Of a stretch of 64,000 nt of DNA, positions 1 through 10,436 are shown piece by piece. The notes beneath the pieces are model-generated. The model saw only the letters and a list, made by a program, of their open reading frames with translations. It searched no databases and was not told the DNA's origin. The stretch spans positions 11,120 to 75,119 of the forward strand of contig JAWVXD010000011.1 of assembly GCA_033723415.1 (NCBI GenBank), read 5' to 3'. Origin of the DNA: Sulfurospirillaceae bacterium. Its GTDB lineage: Bacteria; Campylobacterota; Campylobacteria; Campylobacterales; Sulfurospirillaceae. Each line of letters begins with the position of its first letter. Within the stretch, counting starts at the first letter, position 1. The translations under genes and the position numbers were made by a program.

Positions 1-696
1 ATATCAAAAAAAGATCTATTTCTCTCAGATCAAGGTTGGCTCCAGAGTTATTTTCATTTTTCATTTGCCGAGTATCGAAATCCTAAAAATGTTAACTTCG
101 GAGTGTTGAGGGTTTTAAATGATGATACGATCCACCCAAGTAGCGGTTTTGGTACTCATCCTCATCGTGATATGGAAATCATATCTTATATCATAGACGG
201 AAATCTAACGCACAAAGATTCTATGGGTCATGAAGAAACGCTGACAAGAGGTGAAGTGCAGTATTTGAGTGCCGGCAGCGGTATCTATCACTCAGAATAC
301 AATCATCATGACAGAGAATTTGTTAGATTGCTCCAAATCTGGATCTTACCGCCAAAAAAAAATCTCAAACAACTATACGGCTCATACGAGTACAAAGAAG
401 AAGATAGGAAAAACCAACTTCTCAACATCGTTTCCTCGCAAAATGGAACCGCAAAGATCAAGATATACCAAGATATTGATATTTATGCCAGTGAGTTAGA
501 TGCCGGTAAAGTCATAGACTATGAGATACCGCAGCATAAGCAGATTTATTTTGTTCAAATCGAAGGAAAAAGTAATGTAAATGAAATATTGCTGGAACGA
601 TCAGATGCGCTAGAAATACAATGTGAAAAAAAGTTACATATTGAAGCATTGGAAGATTCTCATTTCTTATTTATAGAGATGCAAGCAGATACTTAA
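1..696 (+). CDS. Pirin family protein (YhhW-like), 5' end truncated by window edge
   Basis: Frame 1 is open from base 1 (ISKKDLFLSDQGWLQSYFHFSFAEY...), so the start lies upstream of the window; pirin motifs GFGTHPHRDMEI, HKDSMG, SAGSGIYHSE, LQIWILP. Confidence 0.9.
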   Translation: MSKKDLFLSDQGWLQSYFHFSFAEYRNPKNVNFGVLRVLNDDTIHPSSGFGTHPHRDMEIISYIIDGNLTHKDSMGHEETLTRGEVQYLSAGSGIYHSEYNHHDREFVRLLQIWILPPKKNLKQLYGSYEYKEEDRKNQLLNIVSSQNGTAKIKIYQDIDIYASELDAGKVIDYEIPQHKQIYFVQIEGKSNVNEILLERSDALEIQCEKKLHIEALEDSHFLFIEMQADT

Positions 697-871
697 TTGA
701 ACTTTAATATATAATATATTATTATTTTTATTAAAATTAAAAAAATGCAATCTATATCCCTTTAAACAATTATTTTACAACGTTATAATACAATATATTG
801 TGTTGTCTAATTCATAAGGATAGGTACATTTTTTAATAATCACAACGCAAACGCTTGTTTAAAGGGATATA

Positions 872-3418
872 ATGCGATCAAAATCATTAAAAAATTACCT
901 CAGAACATCAATAGTGTCATTAATCATAGGGATGTTACTTTTATTTTATATCTTGTTTTCGTATATTCATACTTCTTACATAATCTCTGAGAATCAAAAA
1001 GTTTCTAATGCTATATCTAAACAGATATTTAACTCTATGTATGAAGTCATGAAAAAGGGTTGGAGCAGGGCTGATCTAAAATATTTTCTAAATGCAACAA
1101 AAAGTTCTTTTGAAGATTCTTCTTATGATGTAGAGATTTATAGGATGAAAGAAGTAGATGAGATGTTTGGCAGCATAAAACAAAATGATATTCCTCTTGA
1201 TGTTATGGCGAGTGTGAAAAGCAAAAAAAAGAGCGTGATATCTGATGGCAATAAGATGAAGATCATCACACCTATCATTGCTAACAATATATGCCAAAAA
1301 TGTCATACTAACTCCAAACCTGGGGATGTTCTGGGTGCTATAGAGATAGATTATGATTATTCCAAGTCTCTTTCTCACAGTAAACTTCAATTTATAATCA
1401 TGCTTTTATTAGCATCACCTATATTTTTGCTTATAGCATACCTCTTTACGATAAAAATGCTAAAAAAGATAAATATTTCAATAGATAGTTTCAAACAAAA
1501 CACTCAAAACATAAACACTATAAAAGACTTTAAAAAGCTTGATACATCTTTGATAGAAATGAGCTTTAGTGAATTTGATTCTATCATGAAAGAAGTGAGT
1601 AAATTAGCAAATAAACTAAAAAATATAGCGGTAGATAAAGATATACTAGAATTTGAAGTTAAACTCCTAGATAAGCTTATCATCACAGCAGACGTGGTGA
1701 GAGACTGGAAACAGTACATTAAAGATCTGATTACAGAGATAAATCTAGTGATACCGGTTTACTGTCTCATTACCATTTTTCAAACTGATAATGATTTCTT
1801 TGAAGTTGAGATATTTTGGTACGGCAGACCGCCGGAGGATATAAAAGAGCATGCAAATTTTATTGCTCTTGAAATGATAAATCAACATGAACAACGTCTT
1901 ATGGGTAAATATAACATCCATCATTCAATTGCAAGTGAAGATATATATTTAGCGACTTTGACCAAAGAAGATATAGAGCATGAATCAAAATCACTTTTCT
2001 TGGATAGTCCAAAAATAGGTGGTATCATAGGTATCGGAATTCAATCAAATCTGACAAAAGATCCTATATATAGTATTGTAATAGATTCGATATTGACAAC
2101 ATTGATCAACTTAGTGGGTTCTGTGAAAGCGATACACAAATATACGGAAAGTCTGGAGTATTATGCAACACGAGATCCGCTTACGGGGATTTTTACACAA
2201 AGAGTGTTTCGAGAGTTGCTCTTATATGAAGTAAAAAGAGCCGGTAGACACAAATATGAGTTTGGCGTATTGATGATCGATTGTGACAACTTTAAACCTA
2301 TCAATGACAAATACGGACACTCCTTTGGGGATGATTTTTTAAAAGCTTTTGCAAAAATCTTGGAAGAATCAAAACGTGATGAAGATATACTAGCACGGTA
2401 TGGCGGTGATGAATTTGCTATGATATTACCGGAAAGTGATAAAAATAACTCTTATACAGTAGCTCAAAGAATAACGGCTGCGATAGAAAAATTTAAGTTG
2501 GAAACTCCTGATGGACATCAAGTGAAAATTACGGCGTCTATCGGAATCGCTATGTTCCCTGAACATTCAACTGAGCCAAAAGAACTTTTCAATATAGCAG
2601 ATTCTATGATGTATCGAGCGAAAAATGAAGGGAAAAATACCGTAAGATCACCAAATGAGTTTGATATCGAAGAGATTCATAAAAATACTCAAGATAAAGC
2701 GATGATCGTGCTTGATGCGATCGCAAATGACAATATTTTTGCACATTTTCAACCGATTATGGATGTACAAAGCGGTAAAGTCGAGATCAATGAACTGCTC
2801 ATGAGGATAGATATGGATAATACGCTTTTAAGCGCTTCTACATTTATAGAAACAGCAGAATCGTTAGGTGTTGTTCACAAGATGGATTATATTGTCATCG
2901 AAAAAGCATTTAAAAAGATACAGGAAACGAACTACAAAGGTATTTTGTTTATAAATTTATCTCCTAAAGCTCTCGTAATCGGTGAATTTTTAAAACAAAT
3001 AGACAAACTGGCACATCAATACGATATAGATAAAAATAAGATAGTCTTTGAGATAACAGAAAGAGAAACGGTCAAGAGTTTCGCACTGTTAGAAAAATTT
3101 GTAAACAATCTCAAACTCGAAGGATACAGATTTGCTATTGATGATTTTGGCTCAGGATTTTCTACTTTTCACTATATCAAAAAATTTCCGATCGACTTTA
3201 TCAAAATCGACGGAGAGTTTATACTAAATCTTAACAATGATAAAAAAGATTTGGCGTTTGTGAAAAGTATAGTGGCATTAGCAAAAGAACTTGAAGTCTT
3301 GACCATAGCAGAGTTTGTAGAAAGCGAAGAAGTATTAGGCTCTTTAAAAGATATCAAAGTTGACTATGTTCAAGGATATCATATCGGAAGACCTTCAGAT
3401 AAATTGCACAGTGATTAG
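872..3418 (+). CDS. Membrane GGDEF-EAL diguanylate cyclase/phosphodiesterase with periplasmic CxxCH sensor domain
   Basis: Two TM segments flank a periplasmic region with CQKCH; RDED I-site then GGDEF; EAL domain with ELL, DDFGSG, KIDG, EFVE, QGY. Confidence 0.9.
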   Translation: MRSKSLKNYLRTSIVSLIIGMLLLFYILFSYIHTSYIISENQKVSNAISKQIFNSMYEVMKKGWSRADLKYFLNATKSSFEDSSYDVEIYRMKEVDEMFGSIKQNDIPLDVMASVKSKKKSVISDGNKMKIITPIIANNICQKCHTNSKPGDVLGAIEIDYDYSKSLSHSKLQFIIMLLLASPIFLLIAYLFTIKMLKKINISIDSFKQNTQNINTIKDFKKLDTSLIEMSFSEFDSIMKEVSKLANKLKNIAVDKDILEFEVKLLDKLIITADVVRDWKQYIKDLITEINLVIPVYCLITIFQTDNDFFEVEIFWYGRPPEDIKEHANFIALEMINQHEQRLMGKYNIHHSIASEDIYLATLTKEDIEHESKSLFLDSPKIGGIIGIGIQSNLTKDPIYSIVIDSILTTLINLVGSVKAIHKYTESLEYYATRDPLTGIFTQRVFRELLLYEVKRAGRHKYEFGVLMIDCDNFKPINDKYGHSFGDDFLKAFAKILEESKRDEDILARYGGDEFAMILPESDKNNSYTVAQRITAAIEKFKLETPDGHQVKITASIGIAMFPEHSTEPKELFNIADSMMYRAKNEGKNTVRSPNEFDIEEIHKNTQDKAMIVLDAIANDNIFAHFQPIMDVQSGKVEINELLMRIDMDNTLLSASTFIETAESLGVVHKMDYIVIEKAFKKIQETNYKGILFINLSPKALVIGEFLKQIDKLAHQYDIDKNKIVFEITERETVKSFALLEKFVNNLKLEGYRFAIDDFGSGFSTFHYIKKFPIDFIKIDGEFILNLNNDKKDLAFVKSIVALAKELEVLTIAEFVESEEVLGSLKDIKVDYVQGYHIGRPSDKLHSD

Positions 3419-3527
3419 AAAGGATCCAAGGATTATCCATATAAATATTGACGATTAGATTAGCGTAAATATCATTTAGAGAATAAATTTGTTATGATTT
3501 GATATATTTTTTTACAAGGATGAATTT

Positions 3528-4442
3528 ATGGACTTTCCTAAAAGCGTCAATATCACCGAAGTAGGACCAAGAGACGGATTTCAAAGCATAAGCGAATGGA
3601 TTCCGACTGATTTAAAGCTCAAGATCATAGACGGGTTGATCGAAGCAAACTTCAAAAAGATAGAAGTCACATCCTTTGTGCATCCAAAAGCCATACCGCA
3701 GATGAAAGATTCAAAAGAAATAGTAAGTACTCTAGTGCAAAAATATCAAGACAGAGATATAGTCTTTAATGCGCTTGTTCCAAACCTTTTTGGTGCAAAA
3801 GCAGCTTATGAATCAGGGCTGAGAGATGTTACATATGTGATATCCGCGAGCGCATCTCACAATAAGGCAAATGTAAAAAGAACTAGAGAAGAATCTTTTG
3901 AAGATCTTAGAGAGATAAAAAAACAATTTCCTGATTTAAATATAAACCTTGCGATAGGTACGACATTTGGCTGTCCGTATGAGGGTAAAATCTCACTAAA
4001 GGACGTCTCTATGATGGTTGCAAACGGATTAGATATAGGAGTAAGTGAAATATCTCTGGCAGATACTATAGGTGTGGCAAATCCTCTTCAGATGTACAAA
4101 GTCTTAAACGAACTAAAAAACAATTTTGGAAGCGTTGATTTTGTGCTGCATCTTCATGATACCAGAGGGATGGGACTGGCAAACGTCTTGATGGCGTTAC
4201 AGTGTGGAGTTAGCACTTTTGAATCAGCACTTGGAGGACTTGGAGGCTGCCCTTTTGCACCTGGGGCTGCCGGAAATATCGCCAGCGAAGATCTGGTAAA
4301 TATGCTTCATGATATGGGTATAGAAACCGGTGTGGATCTATCTAAACTTTTAGACACGGTAAATATAGTAAAAGAAAAGATAAAACCTGTATTGTCAAGT
4401 CACATGGCATATGTTGACACTTGTGCTAAAGGAGTGCGTTGA
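3528..4442 (+). CDS. Hydroxymethylglutaryl-CoA lyase (DRE-TIM family)
   Basis: EVGPRDGFQ, LADTIG, HLHDTRG, GGLGGCPFAPGAAGNIASEDL motifs. Confidence 0.9.
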   Translation: MDFPKSVNITEVGPRDGFQSISEWIPTDLKLKIIDGLIEANFKKIEVTSFVHPKAIPQMKDSKEIVSTLVQKYQDRDIVFNALVPNLFGAKAAYESGLRDVTYVISASASHNKANVKRTREESFEDLREIKKQFPDLNINLAIGTTFGCPYEGKISLKDVSMMVANGLDIGVSEISLADTIGVANPLQMYKVLNELKNNFGSVDFVLHLHDTRGMGLANVLMALQCGVSTFESALGGLGGCPFAPGAAGNIASEDLVNMLHDMGIETGVDLSKLLDTVNIVKEKIKPVLSSHMAYVDTCAKGVR

Positions 4443-5641
4443 TGCAAGATAGCGGGCCGCTAAAGGGTGTGAAGGTACTAGAACTGGGCAGTCTCATCGC
4501 AGGACCTTTTGCAGGGAGACTTTTTGGTGATTTCGGTGCTGAGGTGATCAAAGTGGAACCTCCAAAGATCGGAGATCCGCTTAGAAAATGGCGACTTTTA
4601 AAAGACGGAACTTCACTTTGGTGGTACGTACAATCACGAAACAAAAAGTGCATCACTCTGGATCTAAAATCAAAAGAGGGCGAAGAGATCATAAAGAAGC
4701 TCGCCAAAGAAGTCGACATCATCATAGAAAATTTTAAACCAGGAACTTTGGAAAAGTGGAATATAGGCTATGAAGATCTAAAAAAGATAAATCCCAAGAT
4801 CATTATGGTAAGGATCTCAGGATATGGACAGTATGGCCCTTATAGCTCAAAACCGGGCTTTGGCAGTATCGGTGAGGCTCTTGGAGGTATCAGATATCTG
4901 AGTGGATATCCTGACTTGCCACCTGTTAGGACAGGGATAAGTATCGGCGATTCCATAGCTGCTATTTATGCTGTCATGAGTGCGGTCATGGCAATATACA
5001 ATCGAGATATCAATGGCGGTGAAGGACAGTATATAGATGTCGCCTTGTATGAAGCGATCTTCAGCTTGATGGAAAGCCTAGTTCCGGAGTATGACCAGTT
5101 CAAATTCATACGAGAACGAAGCGGCAATACGCTGCCAGGAATCGCACCCTCAAACATATATCTTTGTAAAGACGGTAAATATGTTGCCATAGGAGCAAAC
5201 GGTGACAGTATATTTCAGAGATTGACAAAAGCTATGCAAAGAGATGATCTGGCAGAAAATGAAGCGTTTAAATCAAATGACGGCAGAGCACAAAATATGC
5301 AATATATTGATGAACAGATCACAAAGTGGACTATGACAAAAAATATTGATGAAGCTTTAGCGATATTGGATGAGCACCAGATACCATCAGGTGCGATCTA
5401 CAACGTAGAAGATATGTTCCAAGATGCACATTTTAAAGCAAGAGATATGATCAAAAGTGTAAATATAGAAGGAGTAGGAGATCTCAAAGTTCCAGGAATT
5501 ATCCCAAAATTCAGTCAAACCCCGGGAAGTATCAAGTGGTCAGGTAGAAAATTGGGTGAAAACAACCATGAGATATATCACGACTTATTGGGTATGAGTG
5601 ATAAGAAGCTGAAAGATTTGGAAGAAAGAGGTATTATCTGA
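4442..5641 (+). CDS. CaiB/BaiF (family III) CoA-transferase
   Basis: PLKGVKVLELG, AGPF, GAEVIKVEPP, RNKKCITLDLK, ENFKPG; ATG overlaps the lyase stop and follows an AAGGAG SD (alternative TTG start at 4439). Confidence 0.9.
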   Translation: MQDSGPLKGVKVLELGSLIAGPFAGRLFGDFGAEVIKVEPPKIGDPLRKWRLLKDGTSLWWYVQSRNKKCITLDLKSKEGEEIIKKLAKEVDIIIENFKPGTLEKWNIGYEDLKKINPKIIMVRISGYGQYGPYSSKPGFGSIGEALGGIRYLSGYPDLPPVRTGISIGDSIAAIYAVMSAVMAIYNRDINGGEGQYIDVALYEAIFSLMESLVPEYDQFKFIRERSGNTLPGIAPSNIYLCKDGKYVAIGANGDSIFQRLTKAMQRDDLAENEAFKSNDGRAQNMQYIDEQITKWTMTKNIDEALAILDEHQIPSGAIYNVEDMFQDAHFKARDMIKSVNIEGVGDLKVPGIIPKFSQTPGSIKWSGRKLGENNHEIYHDLLGMSDKKLKDLEERGII

Positions 5642-5727
5642 TAGATCTGTATTGTTACAATTTGAAATGAATTTCATATAGATTTACACCATGTCTTGAT
5701 GATGGCAGGAACTGCAATTGGCAAGAT

Positions 5728-6528
5728 CTAGCTTTGTATATCCCGTATCATTTTTGAGTAAGTTTCATAAATCTCAGTATTTTTATGTTTGAGTGCCCCT
5801 TTTATCAGTATATTGCATTTTTTTATGATCTCATTTTTGATCCCATCATGATAAGGCGTGTCTAAAAACTTTTGAAGAGAGCTTATATGATATCTATCTA
5901 TCGCAAATATACTGTTTGAGAGTTGTGCATGACCCGCTTTTTTTATGATCATAGCCTCTTTTACATGACCTAACTCATACTTATGTGAGATCCTTAACCA
6001 CATGTCATAATCTTCACAGACACGCATATCTTCATCAAAGCAGCCAATATCATCAAATACGCTTTTATGAACCATAACAGAAGATGCAGCGATCTTGCAA
6101 GTCGATAGATTTTCTAAAAAGCAGTGACCCTCAGGCTTAGCCAGTCTTTTTGGATATTTTACGATTTTTCCATCTTTCTGCCAAATCTCACTCGTATGTG
6201 AAAATAGTATATCTTCTCTTTCATTATGTAAAAGTATTTGGCTCTTTATCTTCTCACTGAGCCATTCATCATCACTATCCAAAAAACAAATCCACTCATT
6301 TGTCGCCTCTTTTATACCTATATTCCTGGCACTGGATACGCCGCGGTTTTTTGTTTTTATAACTTTTAGGTCTTGAAATCTTTCTAGTATCTCTTGCGTA
6401 TTATCTGTTGAACCGTCATCTACTATAATGATCTCATCAACTTTATAGGATTGGTTTATTACAGACTCTATAGCCGTTGTGATATGGGAAGCTCTGTTAA
6501 ATGTGGGAATTATTGTTGTGATTTTCAT
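5728..6528 (-). CDS. Glycosyltransferase family 2
   Basis: IIPTFNR, IIVDDGSTD, GVSSARNIG, FLDSDD, EDYDMWLR. Confidence 0.9.
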   Translation of the reverse strand: MKITTIIPTFNRASHITTAIESVINQSYKVDEIIIVDDGSTDNTQEILERFQDLKVIKTKNRGVSSARNIGIKEATNEWICFLDSDDEWLSEKIKSQILLHNEREDILFSHTSEIWQKDGKIVKYPKRLAKPEGHCFLENLSTCKIAASSVMVHKSVFDDIGCFDEDMRVCEDYDMWLRISHKYELGHVKEAMIIKKAGHAQLSNSIFAIDRYHISSLQKFLDTPYHDGIKNEIIKKCNILIKGALKHKNTEIYETYSKMIRDIQS

Positions 6529-6551
6529 AGAAGTTTTAAATTTATGTTTGT

Positions 6552-6585
6552 TGTAAAAGAGGGCGTTTTAAAACCCTCTTTTACA
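6552..6585. terminator. Intrinsic terminator-like hairpin downstream of satP
   Basis: Perfect 12-bp inverted repeat TGTAAAAGAGGG / CCCTCTTTTACA. Confidence 0.7.
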
Positions 6586-6622
6586 GTGCTATCAATTATT
6601 TTGAGTCTATACTGTAATAAAT

Positions 6623-7204
6623 TTATTTAAGCCAAGCTTTGCCGACAGGTAAGTTAACACCTACATCTGCTAAAATGACATGAGCCATCAGATACCAAGC
6701 AGAAAAAGCACATACTATTAGATCCCATGCTGCTAAAGTTCCCATGAGTTTACTTCCTGCTAATTCTTTAAAAGTAAGACCTACAAAGCCTAAAAATAGT
6801 GTTAAGAATATAAATGCCAAGACACCATTGTGTTTCATAGAAGCTATGAACATAATGCCTGTATATATTGCCCAAGCAAGTAAGAAAAATCCTAATCCCT
6901 GACCTGTAAGTTTTAGTACAGGGTATGCTTTATCCAAATCTCCATTGGTTCCAAAGATAACAAAAAGAGCCAAAGCAATCCAAAAAGCACCATATGAAAC
7001 AAATGCACTAAATCCAAAGTTATTTCCAACTCTGAATTCTAAAAAGCCTGCGATAAATTGAGCCAGTCCTCCATAAAAAATTCCTAGCCATAAAACCGGT
7101 GTGAGATCAACCCATCCTAAATTATGACACTGCAAGATAAAAGTAGTCATTGCAAAGCCTGCAAGTCCAACTGCCGCGGGATTGCCTAATTTCATTTCTT
7201 CCAT
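6623..7204 (-). CDS. satP: Acetate/succinate uptake channel, GPR1/FUN34/YaaH (SatP) family
   Basis: NPAAVGLAGF, YGGLAQFIAG and SYGAFW signatures; ~6 TM; AGGAGG SD. Confidence 0.88.
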   Translation of the reverse strand: MEEMKLGNPAAVGLAGFAMTTFILQCHNLGWVDLTPVLWLGIFYGGLAQFIAGFLEFRVGNNFGFSAFVSYGAFWIALALFVIFGTNGDLDKAYPVLKLTGQGLGFFLLAWAIYTGIMFIASMKHNGVLAFIFLTLFLGFVGLTFKELAGSKLMGTLAAWDLIVCAFSAWYLMAHVILADVGVNLPVGKAWLK

Positions 7205-7378
7205 ATTTGATAACCTCCTGAAAAAATATTGCCAAGTTTCTTGGTTAATGGCTATATTATTTCATCAAAATAGCATTAGCGTAGCAAAATAGGAAACTAT
7301 AAAATTATGTAATAAAAATGTATCGTATTGAGTAAAAAAGAAACAATTTATAGATATTTTTGAGTATAAAATTCAGTG

Positions 7379-8044
7379 TTACATATTGGGGCTGATGTAT
7401 TGATTTGTTACAACGCTTGCAATTTTTTTACTTAGTATCTTGTAACCTTTTGCATTTGGATGTACATCATCAAGTTTTAGAGAATTATCATTTAATATGT
7501 CTTGCAAGGCATCATCTACGAGAGGAACATTGAATTCTTTTGCCAGATCATAATAAAATGATGCCGTAGATACTGTCAAAATATCAAGTTTTGGAACTCC
7601 TACAAGAACAACAAATATATTTTGTTTTTGTGCAAGTTTGATCATTTTTGCAATGTTTTGCTCAGTTATTGTTAGATCTTTGTTTCTTATTATATCGTTT
7701 CCGCCCTCACATATTATGATGATTTGAGGTTTGTATTTTTTTAAGACAGAAGGTAATCTTTTTAAGCCTCCGCGTGTATCTTCTCCCGGCACACCGGCAT
7801 TGATGACATTTGTTTGTAACATATTTGCTAGCTGTGATGGATAGCTGGCATTTTTGTCTACTCCGTATCCGTAAGTAATACTGTCTCCAAATGCCAATAT
7901 TTTTGTGTTCTGAGGAACATAATAATTTTCGTCGTTTGAGTCTTGATAATTGTTTATAAAAGAAAATATAATTATTGTAACTATGACAAGTAAAATTATT
8001 TTAAAAAAACTCAATTGGATCCTTTTGTTGATTTTATACAGCAA
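7379..8044 (-). CDS. SGNH/GDSL arylesterase (TesA-like) with N-terminal membrane anchor
   Basis: FGDSITYG, NAGVPG, GGND, DDVHPNAKGY blocks. Confidence 0.88.
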   Translation of the reverse strand: MLYKINKRIQLSFFKIILLVIVTIIIFSFINNYQDSNDENYYVPQNTKILAFGDSITYGYGVDKNASYPSQLANMLQTNVINAGVPGEDTRGGLKRLPSVLKKYKPQIIIICEGGNDIIRNKDLTITEQNIAKMIKLAQKQNIFVVLVGVPKLDILTVSTASFYYDLAKEFNVPLVDDALQDILNDNSLKLDDVHPNAKGYKILSKKIASVVTNQYISPNM

Positions 8045-8193
8045 CTAAAATAAAAGTTAAATATACCATGAAGATGACTATAAAGTAAAGAAACTTTGAG
8101 AAGATTATCTTAACTTAGCTTTAGCCGGGCTTTCGATAATATTTTCTTTAATTACAGTTCATTGGGAGTTATTGGAATATTTGAGGAACCATT

Positions 8194-9147
8194 ATGTTTA
8201 TTATGGTAGTATTTCACAAAAAAATTAAGAGAGCATCAGTGATAAAAAAAGAGATTGATTGGTTGGCAATAGGTGCATTGTGTTTGGCTATGATGGTTTG
8301 GGCCAGCTCATTTATTGCATTAAAATCTGCGATTGGACCCATAGGGCCTATGAGTGTTATATTTGGCAGAATGTTTTTGGCAAGTATTTGCTTTTTATTT
8401 TTTATAAAGAAGTTTACAAAAATGAGCTTTACAAAAAAAGATATCAAATATTTGGCGCTTATGACTATATTTGAACCTTGTCTGTATTTTATATTTGAAG
8501 CTCATGCTTTAAAAAATACTTCAGCAGGACAAGCAGGCATGATAACGTCTATGATGCCCCTTATCACTGCGGTAGGAGCTGGTATTTTTCTAAACGAAAT
8601 AATCACTAAAAAAATATTGATTGGCTCAACACTGGCTGTTTTAGGAGCTATTTGGCTTAGTTTAAGCTCAGGAACTTCGGCAGAGGCTATAAATCCATTG
8701 CTTGGAAACACTCTTGAATTTTTAGCCATGATTTGCGGAGCTGTGTATGCGATCGCGGCTAGGCATTTGAGCTCAAAATTTAGTGCCATTTTTTTAACGG
8801 CAATTCAGGCTTTCATAGGCGCAATATTCTTTTTCCCATTTGCCTTATGGGAATATCACACTACTACAATGCATATAACCTTTGATGCTGTTTTATGGGT
8901 TGGATATCTTGGGGTTTTTGTGACTTTAGGTGGATATGGCATGTTTAATTTTGCTCTTGGCAGGATGGAAGCAGCCAAAGCCTCCATATATATCAATCTA
9001 ATACCGGTTTTTACTCTACTTTTAGCTTTTGTTATACTTGGAGAAAAACTAACATTTGTAGAAATTCTAGCTTCCAGTATTATACTTGTCGGCGTTTTTA
9101 TATCTCAATTTTCTTTTCAACAATTTAAAAGGAAAAAAGCTCTTTAA
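8194..9147 (+). CDS. DMT/EamA family transporter
   Basis: ~10 TM helices in two EamA repeats (WASSF, EPCLYF, NLIPVF...LGEKLT); the true start may be a few codons downstream. Confidence 0.85.
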   Translation: MFIMVVFHKKIKRASVIKKEIDWLAIGALCLAMMVWASSFIALKSAIGPIGPMSVIFGRMFLASICFLFFIKKFTKMSFTKKDIKYLALMTIFEPCLYFIFEAHALKNTSAGQAGMITSMMPLITAVGAGIFLNEIITKKILIGSTLAVLGAIWLSLSSGTSAEAINPLLGNTLEFLAMICGAVYAIAARHLSSKFSAIFLTAIQAFIGAIFFFPFALWEYHTTTMHITFDAVLWVGYLGVFVTLGGYGMFNFALGRMEAAKASIYINLIPVFTLLLAFVILGEKLTFVEILASSIILVGVFISQFSFQQFKRKKAL

Positions 9148-9152
9148 ACTTC

Positions 9153-10436
9153 TTATATAACACTTTTGATAAAAAACCGTGTCCCGCAAAGCAAGGAAAT
9201 TTGACATTTTTGTAAAAATATACTTGCTTTGATCTCTTGTAATTTTGCTTTTACTGTTGCCAAGTCTGCAATAGAACGACTCAGTTCATCGGCACTGGCA
9301 AGTCCATTGTTAAATCTTCCTTTTGTGAGATCATAATAACTCTTTGAAGATAGTACTTCTTTACTTATAGCTTTTTCTCTAAACTTTAATGAACCTAGTG
9401 CAAGAATTGCATTTTTTAGAGTTTTTTTGACAGAGTTTTGATAGTCACTTAAATACAACAGTTCAGCATTTTTTTTGTAAATCACAGACTCTCTCTCGCT
9501 TTTTTTCTCATTGCCATCAAAAATATTCCAGCTTATTGTTGCACCGATGTAACTTTGATTTGCATTTGTATAGCCATTGCCATTTAGATTAAAATCATCT
9601 CCTTGTTTTTTAATCGCACCGACTAGAAATATCTGTGGGTATTTCTTGCTCTCTACTAGCGATATGTCTTGGTCGTCTATCTTCAACTTTGTTTTTAAAA
9701 CTTTTATATCTTCCCTATTTGTTAAAGCAGTTTTGATTAGTGAGCTTTGGTCTATATTGATCTTTATAGCAGGTAAAATTTTTGGATCAGTTTTGATATT
9801 TGTTAAATACTGCAAGTTATTGATCAGATTCTCTTTTTGCTCATTTAAGGTTATAAGCTTTGACTCAATATCAAATTTTTGAGCCTCTATTTTATAGAGG
9901 TTTGATATATTTATAAGCCCGTTATCATACATGCTTTTAGCTTTTTTATATGAATCTTCTATAGCTGCTTTTGCTTCTTTTGTCGCCTCTATAGCTTTGT
10001 CAGCTGTAAATATCTTTGCATATAGTGTAGCAATTTTGAGATAAAGTTCCCTTTTTAATTCTGTAGTTTCCAAAGAGCTTTTCACAACTTCAAGTTTCGC
10101 TTTTTCTATACTTGTACTTATGGCAAAGCCTGTAAAAAGAGGGTAGGTTACACTTAAGTCGGCATTTATATTTGTGCGAGTTCCCATAGGCAGTGGATTT
10201 CCAAATCCTGGAAGATGCAGCATTGTAGTAGGCACATCTTGCAGCCTTGTCGTATTTAAGTGAATATCCAAAGATGGATAATTCTTTGCTTTTTTGGCAT
10301 TTAACATACTCTGTAGTGCTTTTGTCTGCTCATTTTTGGATTTTATGAGCAAGTTTTTATCAACACTATTGATTAATTTGCTAAAACTTGATGCATATAA
10401 AAAAATCGGTAAGATTAGAAATATATATTTTTTCAA
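9153..10436 (-). CDS. TolC family outer-membrane efflux protein
   Basis: Signal peptide, YPLFTGF and WNIFDG repeat motifs, long helices; co-oriented and overlapping with the MFS and HlyD genes. Confidence 0.85.
   Translation of the reverse strand: MKKYIFLILPIFLYASSFSKLINSVDKNLLIKSKNEQTKALQSMLNAKKAKNYPSLDIHLNTTRLQDVPTTMLHLPGFGNPLPMGTRTNINADLSVTYPLFTGFAISTSIEKAKLEVVKSSLETTELKRELYLKIATLYAKIFTADKAIEATKEAKAAIEDSYKKAKSMYDNGLINISNLYKIEAQKFDIESKLITLNEQKENLINNLQYLTNIKTDPKILPAIKINIDQSSLIKTALTNREDIKVLKTKLKIDDQDISLVESKKYPQIFLVGAIKKQGDDFNLNGNGYTNANQSYIGATISWNIFDGNEKKSERESVIYKKNAELLYLSDYQNSVKKTLKNAILALGSLKFREKAISKEVLSSKSYYDLTKGRFNNGLASADELSRSIADLATVKAKLQEIKASIFLQKCQISLLCGTRFFIKSVI

Noticed and set aside
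8110..8140. Sigma28-like TCGATAAT upstream of the first EamA
   Set aside because: No properly spaced -35 element.
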